Assembly (NCBI GenBank): GCA_038245785.1
Contig: JBBRSB010000005.1
Location: forward strand, 97,128-161,127
DNA: 64,000 nucleotides
From: Gloeobacterales cyanobacterium
GTDB taxonomy: Bacteria; Cyanobacteriota; Cyanobacteriia; Gloeobacterales; PMM-0068
Direction of reading: 5' to 3'
Position 1 is the stretch's first letter. Each line of letters begins with the position of its first letter. This document shows, in pieces, positions 57,165 through 64,000 of the stretch. The position numbers were made by a program, and so were the translations under genes. The notes below the pieces were generated by a model that did no database searches, had not been told where the DNA came from, and saw only the letters and a program-made list of their open reading frames with translations.

Positions 57165-58379
57165 ATGGGTACGGAAGGGAAGTTAAGCATTCTTTTCCAC
57201 GTGTCAAGATACTGGCCTGCTGTTGCAGGAGCGGCCTTGCATACCCGTGAACTGACCCGCCACCTTTCTCAACAGCATCAGGTCGCAGTTGTCCGCCATT
57301 GCGCCGATGAACTTTCTTCCTCCGAAATTGCCTTTGCACACACTCAGTCTTGCCTAGAACTGGATCCAGAGTATGGGGTCCCCATTTACCAAATAGGCCC
57401 CAGTAAGCTCTTAGAAAGACCAATCCAGATACTTAGCAAGTATCACGCTAGTGAAAGGTTGAGCCGACCGCTTTACACAACTATGGTTCGTTCTACAATA
57501 GTCTCTCAGCTCCGCTCGTTGGCACCTCCCTACCAATTGGTACACGCTGTCTATAACGGGTTAACCTGTAGCGTGGAAGCGGCCCAACAGGTGGCTAGAG
57601 AAAAGCGCATTCCTTTTGTAATGACCCCTCTGCCGCATCTCCCTTCTAAAGAGAAAGGGGCCATTCCCCAGTTCCGACGTCTCTACCAAAAGGCAGATGC
57701 TCTGATTGCAATGACACAGTTTGAGCGGGCATGGTTAATTGAGCAGGCAGGAGCCAAGCCCGAACGCGTTCATGTTTGCCCAATTGGCCCTTTGATTGAC
57801 GAACAGGCTGACGCTTGCACTTTCCGCAAAGAATATGATTTAGAAGACGCACCGATCGTTCTTTTCATTGCCCGCCAAGTAGCATACAAAGGCTACCAGC
57901 AGCTGTGTGAAGCAGCTACCTCAATATGGGCTAAATATCCCGATACCCATTTTGTGTTTTTAGGCCCCCCGACCGAAGAATCAAAGGCCTATTTCGAACA
58001 GTTCTCTGACCTCCGATTTATTAACCTTGGAGAAGTGAGTCCTGAGGCTAAAAGCTCAGCCCTAGCCGCTTGCGATATTCTCTGTGTTCCTTCCATAGAA
58101 GAAAGCTTAGGAGCTATCTATCTAGAAGCTTGGGCTTTCAAAAAGCCTGTGATTGCAGCGGATATTCCTGCTATGCATAGCGTGATTACTCATGAAGAAG
58201 ATGGTCTGATCGTTCCGCAAGAGGCGAAAGCCCTAAGCCAAGCCCTGCTCAGGCTCCTATCCGATGACACTCTTAGAAAGCGTATGGGAGAAGCGGGATA
58301 TCACAAAGTGAGCACCCAGTACGACTGGAAGGTAATCACAAATCGCTTGCTAAACATTTATCGAGGACTACTTGCATGA
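57165..58379 (+). CDS. GT4 glycosyltransferase
   Basis: R...YKG, PSIEESLGAIYLEAWAFKKPVI, RMGEAG...Y.W. Confidence 0.9.
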   Translation: MGTEGKLSILFHVSRYWPAVAGAALHTRELTRHLSQQHQVAVVRHCADELSSSEIAFAHTQSCLELDPEYGVPIYQIGPSKLLERPIQILSKYHASERLSRPLYTTMVRSTIVSQLRSLAPPYQLVHAVYNGLTCSVEAAQQVAREKRIPFVMTPLPHLPSKEKGAIPQFRRLYQKADALIAMTQFERAWLIEQAGAKPERVHVCPIGPLIDEQADACTFRKEYDLEDAPIVLFIARQVAYKGYQQLCEAATSIWAKYPDTHFVFLGPPTEESKAYFEQFSDLRFINLGEVSPEAKSSALAACDILCVPSIEESLGAIYLEAWAFKKPVIAADIPAMHSVITHEEDGLIVPQEAKALSQALLRLLSDDTLRKRMGEAGYHKVSTQYDWKVITNRLLNIYRGLLA

Positions 58380-59407
58380 CCAAAGTCTCTGTGGTCCTCC
58401 CTGTTTTCAATGTTGAACGCTATGTAGCAGAGTCAATTCAGTCGGTCCTTACCCAGACCTATCAAGACTTTGAGCTGGTTATCGTGGATGATGGCTCTAC
58501 CGATCACAGTTTGAGCATTTGCCAGCAATTTACAGATCCTCGAATTCGCATTGTTCAACAGTCCAATAGAGGATTGGCCGGAGCCCGTAATACCGGGATT
58601 CGCCACGCTGTCGGAGAATACATCGCCCTCCTGGATTCCGATGATTGCTTCGCCCCAGAGAAATTGCAGCGTCACGTCGAACATTTAGATAGCTCACCCC
58701 TAGTCGGTATCAGTTTTAGTCGTTCAGCCTTTATCAATGAAGACAGTCAGCCTTTGGGCTATTACCAGATGCCTAAGCTAAAAGGAATTACCACGTCTGA
58801 TATTCTCTGCCGCAATCCGATTGGCAATGGTTCTGCGCCGGTGATTCGTCGCCAGGTCTTTCAAGAAATCGGTGTTCAGAAAAACCTCTATAGCGTGGTG
58901 GAAGACTTTTTCTTTGATGATTCCTTCCGCCAATCAGAAGATATCGAATGCTGGCTACGGATAGCTATTCAAACAACTTGGTTATTTGAAGGCCTTCCCG
59001 AACCGCTCACCTTGTACCGGGTCAATATGGGTGGACTATCCGCCAGTGTTCCCAAACAATTGGCCTCCTGGGAACGGGTGATCAAAAAAATCAAGACCTA
59101 CGATCCTGCATTACTCAAGGAATGGGGTTCTCTCGCCCGAGCGTACCAGCTGCGTTATTTAGCACGACGAGCTTGGCAATTGAGAGATAAACTGCTGGCC
59201 TTGAAGTTGATTCATGAAGCCCTGATGACCGATGGGCGCATGATGCTGAGAGAGCCCCAACGCACCTTGATGACTCTGTGCGCTATCTATCTATTGGCCT
59301 TGCTGCCTCAAAAAGCTTATGGCTACGTGCAGGCCTATGCTTTCCAAAAGGTTTTCCGCCAGCAGCAGCGAGTAGTTGGTCATACTGCTCCAGAACTGTC
59401 ATCCTAA
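58376..59407 (+). CDS. GT2 glycosyltransferase (paralog of 54686-55705)
   Basis: SVVLPVFN, VDDGSTD, NRGLAGARNTG, LLDSDD, EDIECWLR. Confidence 0.92.
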   Translation: MTKVSVVLPVFNVERYVAESIQSVLTQTYQDFELVIVDDGSTDHSLSICQQFTDPRIRIVQQSNRGLAGARNTGIRHAVGEYIALLDSDDCFAPEKLQRHVEHLDSSPLVGISFSRSAFINEDSQPLGYYQMPKLKGITTSDILCRNPIGNGSAPVIRRQVFQEIGVQKNLYSVVEDFFFDDSFRQSEDIECWLRIAIQTTWLFEGLPEPLTLYRVNMGGLSASVPKQLASWERVIKKIKTYDPALLKEWGSLARAYQLRYLARRAWQLRDKLLALKLIHEALMTDGRMMLREPQRTLMTLCAIYLLALLPQKAYGYVQAYAFQKVFRQQQRVVGHTAPELSS

Positions 59408-59506
59408 GGAGATAGTACCTAATTAGTCTTGTTCACTCAGCCTAATTAATATGCTCTTTGACTGTATGCGGACTAACATATAACCAAAAGCTTTGGGAGG
59501 ACGACG

Positions 59507-59803
59507 ATGGCAGCAAAGTACACTGCGGCCCCCATCCTAGACCGTGTACATCCTGAAGAAGCAAAAGCCTTCCTGATTATGGAAATGGAACCTGCTGAAG
59601 GCGGCCCTCCCAAGCTACATGGGGTGATTACAAGCGATAAAAAGATTCATTGGTTGGCCGAAGAGGGAAAAGAGGATTCATCTCCAGAGTTTGCCACCGT
59701 AGAAACGGTCCTCAAAAGGTTCAATGTTCCTTTTGGGAAGGAATATATGATTGGCGTACCTCAAGATATTGACCTGAGTGATTTTTCTCCCAATTCCAAC
59801 TAA
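59507..59803 (+). CDS. Hypothetical protein
   Basis: 98-aa ORF with strong GGGAGG RBS; no family recognised. Confidence 0.65.
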   Translation: MAAKYTAAPILDRVHPEEAKAFLIMEMEPAEGGPPKLHGVITSDKKIHWLAEEGKEDSSPEFATVETVLKRFNVPFGKEYMIGVPQDIDLSDFSPNSN

Positions 59804-60792
59804 TCTCCTCCGCCCATAAGATAAAGCAGAGCCATCCGCACAGCGACCCCGTAGGTAACTTGTTGTGCAATTAGACTCAGCGCTAGATCATCCATGAGGT
59901 CTGAGCTAACCTCCACCCCTCGATTAACGGGGCCAGGATGGAGTACCTGCACCTCAGGGTCACAGATCTTCAGTCGTTCACGGGTCAGCCCAAAATCTCG
60001 ATGATAGGCGCGGAGACTGGGGAGAAGAAATTCGCCCATGCGCTCTTTCTGTAAACGCAACGTCATCACAAAGCGGGCGTTTTCTAAAGCTGGTTCTACC
60101 TGATGGTGCAGGATAAATCTGTGCTCTTTAAATTCCTGAAAATAGGGAGGCAGCAAGGTGGGAGGAGCTGCTAGATGCACTTCAGCTCCACAGGCACTAA
60201 GGCTGTATAAATTCGACCGTGCTACCCGAGAATGCAGAATATCGCCGACAATGGCAATTTTTAGGCCTTTAAGTAGACCAGGATGGGGGTTATTCGGGTC
60301 CAGGGCATTACATAGCGTAAATAAATCCAAAAGCCCCTGCGTCGGATGTTGGTGACGCCCATCTCCAGCATTCAGGACCCGCACCTCAGACCCCAGTCGG
60401 TCTAAATCTTGGCTGATAATAGTCGGCACTCCAGATTCCTGGTGACGAATAATCAACAGGTCCATGCCCATAGCCAGATAGGTCCGAGCCGTATCGAGGA
60501 TGGTTTCTCCTTTGCTTAAGGAAGAACTACCAGGTGCAAAATTCAAGACGTCCGCACTCAGAGCCTTAGCGGCTAGTTCAAAACTAGAGCGGGTACGCGT
60601 AGAAGGTTCAAAGAATAAATTAGCAACCACTTTTCCTTGCAGGGTCGGAACCTTGCGATTACGCCGGGTTAGCACTTCTCGGAAAGAAGCGGCGGTCTTC
60701 AGGACCACCTCATATTCAGGCAGCGTGAAATCCTTCAGCGATAACAAATGTTTACGAGACCAAGAAGAAGACACAGTATTCAATAACCCCAA
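59800..60792 (-). CDS. pyrB: Aspartate carbamoyltransferase catalytic subunit
   Basis: [51 protein letters not shown]. Confidence 0.97.
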   Translation of the reverse strand: MGLLNTVSSSWSRKHLLSLKDFTLPEYEVVLKTAASFREVLTRRNRKVPTLQGKVVANLFFEPSTRTRSSFELAAKALSADVLNFAPGSSSLSKGETILDTARTYLAMGMDLLIIRHQESGVPTIISQDLDRLGSEVRVLNAGDGRHQHPTQGLLDLFTLCNALDPNNPHPGLLKGLKIAIVGDILHSRVARSNLYSLSACGAEVHLAAPPTLLPPYFQEFKEHRFILHHQVEPALENARFVMTLRLQKERMGEFLLPSLRAYHRDFGLTRERLKICDPEVQVLHPGPVNRGVEVSSDLMDDLALSLIAQQVTYGVAVRMALLYLMGGGD

Positions 60793-60860
60793 AGCCTTTA
60801 CGATTATCCTCGTTTTGGGGACAGGGTGACCTCAGCCCTGACTGTTTTCAAACTAGTATC

Positions 60861-62456
60861 CTAATTTAGCCCCGGCTTTCCAGATAATTCTTGAGTATTC
60901 TCAAAAAGATAAATATCCAATGAATTAATATAAGAATGGTGATATATCTGATGCATATTTTGACTGAGCATTGAGGTCGCAAAATCTGAATCTTTGTTTG
61001 AAAGATGTCCTCTCACAAACCACGTACGCCCCAAAGCAGGAGTCATATTTGGAATGTCTGCTACTGATAGTTCTGCCAAATTGTTCAAGTATGAATATTT
61101 TGTCGCTGAATAACTATCTACTAGTGCGTACTGAATTGTGTTACTCAAATGATCTCGAAAATAATAATTAAATGGAATAGATAAAAAATTTTCATAAAAC
61201 AGTATTTTATCTCCCTGCTTCAGCCGGGATGCAATCTGTTTGGCTACTTCATTCCAGGGTTCCTTTTGAACTTGGTAGTAATTGATAGTGCCTCTTAATT
61301 GAAGGGTGAAGAAAATTGTCGCTATAAGAATAATCACAAATCTTGAGCGAAAAGCTAAAATACCAGAAGCAAGTAACAGATAAAAAGGTATTGTTGTCCA
61401 TAAAAAAATTCTCCAGATAAAAAGTGGACGATATAGACTAATTACAAATACCAACAACGGAAAACCAACCAAGAACGTGTTCACTAAAGTCAGCTTTTCA
61501 AGATTATTTCGCCACCTCCACAATCCAAGCAATGCCAAGCCCAAGAAAAGTGAATACCTGCATAACTGGAAGATATACTGTGATTCTCGCCCAGGTTCAA
61601 TAAGAACCTCCATCAAAACGAGTATTGCACCTTTAATCTTAAGAAATGGAATCCAAGAATTGAAATTAGCTTGTCGGAGAATAAATGTAAGCCACCAAGC
61701 CCAAATCACTAAAATCAGTGTGTTAGCAATTATCCAATTCCAGAAGAAAATCCGATTAAACTGAAGAGTTTTCATCCAATATATAAAAATACTGGCACTG
61801 GATATTCCTAGTAAAAAGACTGCAGTACTGTGAGCATAAAAGGCAATCGATAAACCCCCAATATAAGCAAGCCAAGCTAAATCAGTAGTTAGTTTCAAGT
61901 GACTTCTTGAGTTCCCTAGGGATTGGGGAAAAACTTTTTGAATAAATCCTTGTCCAATAGGCATTTTGGCCCCTTCTGGATCTTTCAATAGTCCCGCCAA
62001 ACCTAAAACTGCTAATGTGACAGCCATAGTCAAAAGAGTATAAGCCCGTGCTTCTTGACTGTATTGGATATTAATAGGTGAAATCGCCAACAGGAGAGCC
62101 GCAAGGATACCCAGTTGTTGCTTGTCAAGCGTTTTACCAAGCATGTACAGTAATGGAATAGTTAAAATTCCAATAGCAGCCGAAAGAGATCGTAAAGCTG
62201 TTTCAGATTCACCAAAGAAGAATATCCACAACTTTAGTAAAGTATAATATAACGGTGGGTTGGCTTCATTTAATGCTTCTGCACCCCAGAGCTGAGAAAG
62301 TGGCAATTGTGCGAATTGAAACGAGAATCCCTCATCTAACCAAAGCGGCTGTGCTCCAATATTATAGAAACGTAGAAAGGCTCCTAGGGCTGTTACACAA
62401 ATAATCTGCCAATAGGTGAATAAAGTTCTCTTTAGAAACATCTTTAGGAGATGCAT
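60861..62456 (-). CDS. GT-C membrane glycosyltransferase (PMT/GT39-ArnT-like)
   Basis: LRFYNIG..PLWLDE, NPPLYY, ALRSLS, YSQEARAY; many TM helices. Start uncertain (62543-62441). Confidence 0.82.
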   Translation of the reverse strand: MHLLKMFLKRTLFTYWQIICVTALGAFLRFYNIGAQPLWLDEGFSFQFAQLPLSQLWGAEALNEANPPLYYTLLKLWIFFFGESETALRSLSAAIGILTIPLLYMLGKTLDKQQLGILAALLLAISPINIQYSQEARAYTLLTMAVTLAVLGLAGLLKDPEGAKMPIGQGFIQKVFPQSLGNSRSHLKLTTDLAWLAYIGGLSIAFYAHSTAVFLLGISSASIFIYWMKTLQFNRIFFWNWIIANTLILVIWAWWLTFILRQANFNSWIPFLKIKGAILVLMEVLIEPGRESQYIFQLCRYSLFLGLALLGLWRWRNNLEKLTLVNTFLVGFPLLVFVISLYRPLFIWRIFLWTTIPFYLLLASGILAFRSRFVIILIATIFFTLQLRGTINYYQVQKEPWNEVAKQIASRLKQGDKILFYENFLSIPFNYYFRDHLSNTIQYALVDSYSATKYSYLNNLAELSVADIPNMTPALGRTWFVRGHLSNKDSDFATSMLSQNMHQIYHHSYINSLDIYLFENTQELSGKPGLN

Positions 62457-62785
62457 TGATTTTTTATCCAGTGAACTAAGTGGGTAAGCTAACTTCAATA
62501 CAGCATAAATTTCATCCAAGATGAGACCTGTAGTTTTGAGCACTTAACAGTGGCAATACCTCCTTTGCCTAAAGCACTTGACATCAAAATAGACCGGGTT
62601 CTCGTCATAGAACCTGTGCCACTCCACCCCAGAAACCAATTTCGCACCTTACTCGAATTGCCAAATGTTTAGAACCAAAAATACAGTAATGTCTGATAAC
62701 TAGGAAAATGTATACCTTGAACATCAGCATTTGGAAGTTTTTGAGGAAGAGATTAGTGCTAACTCTTGGAGTGTCATCTAGTCAA

Positions 62786-63970
62786 CTAATTATCCAATAG
62801 AGCTAGGCGGATCCGTGACCAGACTCTCCGTGGCAAAGATGCACGGGGTGCATCAGTTTGAACTTGCCAGTTCCAGATAGCATTGAGCGTGTAGTTCCAT
62901 AACATACTTACTCCTACAGCCATAAGCTGAGATAGCAGATAGTACACTCCTAGTATTTGAGTCAATACCAGCATCGCCGCTACATTAAATACAGCGCCAA
63001 CAGCACAAATCAGGTTGAATCTGATTAGACGGCTTAACCAAGCAGTCAACCCTTGAGAGCGCTGTGCTTCAGCTCGAAAGGTCCAGTTATCATTAAATAG
63101 AAAGTTAGTGATGATAGATATTTCTACCGCTACAATCCCTGATTCCCACAAAGGCCAAGCAGCTTTTTCTCGTAAAAACCAGAGGGCAACTAAGTTTACA
63201 AGGACACCGGATACCCCGACTAATCCAAACTTCAAAAAGCGATAAATCTCTCCAGTTTGCTGTCCCAGACGTACCAGATGCTGTAGATATTCCCAATATT
63301 GCTTACTGGAAACTTTGCTCTCTCCTGCTTCTCGTTCTAAAAAAGTATAGGCAACCTCACGGACGGTTGTGTATTCACCCCGACCAAGCACCTCCAAGAG
63401 AATTTTATAACCGATAGGGTCTAGTTCACGACCCTGGATGACAGAACGACGGAGGGCAAAAAAACCAGACATCGGATCGCTGACCTGACGGGCAACCGAG
63501 GGGACCAGTAACAGTGCGATCATCTGGGCTCCTCGGGAAAGAAAGCGACGGACAATACTCCAGTCACTAACTCCACCGCCCGTAGTATGACGGGAAGCTG
63601 CTGCAATGTCCGCTCCTTGCTCAAGGCATTCGATGAGTTCAAGCAAGGTTTTAGGAGGATGCTGGCCGTCTGCATCAATCACAGCTAGAAAATCTCCCTT
63701 GGCAACAGCCCAACCCCGTAAAACAGCAGTGGCTAGTCCTCGCTCTCCTGTACGGCGAATTACGCGCAAATTTGGAAACTGTTCAGCACCTAGTTTTTGA
63801 GCTATTTCCCAAGTACGGTCAGGACTGTCATCATCTACCAGGATCAACTCATAGGGATAAGGACTATTTTTAAGGAGTCCATCGAGATGACCGATGACAT
63901 TCTTGATGTTGGTGGATTCGTTATAAGTTGGTAGGACAAGAGAAATCATGGGGCGCTGAGTATCTAGCAT
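62786..63970 (-). CDS. Polyprenol-phosphate glycosyltransferase (DPM1-like GT2) fused to GtrA domain
   Basis: LPTYNE, VDDDSPD, IDADGQHPP, DPMSGFF, FLEREAGESK; C-terminal KFGLVGVSG...NF..ND.WTF. Confidence 0.9.
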   Translation of the reverse strand: MLDTQRPMISLVLPTYNESTNIKNVIGHLDGLLKNSPYPYELILVDDDSPDRTWEIAQKLGAEQFPNLRVIRRTGERGLATAVLRGWAVAKGDFLAVIDADGQHPPKTLLELIECLEQGADIAAASRHTTGGGVSDWSIVRRFLSRGAQMIALLLVPSVARQVSDPMSGFFALRRSVIQGRELDPIGYKILLEVLGRGEYTTVREVAYTFLEREAGESKVSSKQYWEYLQHLVRLGQQTGEIYRFLKFGLVGVSGVLVNLVALWFLREKAAWPLWESGIVAVEISIITNFLFNDNWTFRAEAQRSQGLTAWLSRLIRFNLICAVGAVFNVAAMLVLTQILGVYYLLSQLMAVGVSMLWNYTLNAIWNWQVQTDAPRASLPRRVWSRIRLALLDN

Positions 63971-64000
63971 TAGGATATTCCTAGGTAAAGTAGATAAGAA

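Overview
Cyanobacterial chromosome segment (ycf3, b/b' ATP synthase genes, cyanobacteriochrome GAFs, DUF2854). Only one HIP1 octamer was seen and the proteins are divergent, which suggests an early-branching, possibly Gloeobacterales-like lineage (inference). Core genes include minCDE, ycf3, an F0-plus-delta atp operon lacking alpha/gamma, miaA, the OgdA/SsaD TCA shunt, rpe, rplM-rpsI-rpmE and pyrB. An accessory islet at about 30.7-37.0 kb holds an ArsR-SRPBCC operon with an inserted attC-terminated cassette and a run of decayed toxin-antitoxin modules. A Wzx/Wzy exopolysaccharide cluster spans 43.6-59.4 kb. The best candidate for an undescribed system is a REC-PAS-GGDEF-EAL gene directly upstream of a priming sugar transferase that carries an N-terminal tandem MshEN-like (c-di-GMP receptor) domain, suggesting c-di-GMP-gated initiation of EPS synthesis. 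Other highlights are an ATP synthase c subunit with a signal-peptide-like leader, a four-GAF cyanobacteriochrome with no recognisable output domain, and direct-repeat-flanked nested palindromic mini-elements. No CRISPR array, rRNA or tRNA was seen. All calls are by-eye motif recognition; no searches were run.
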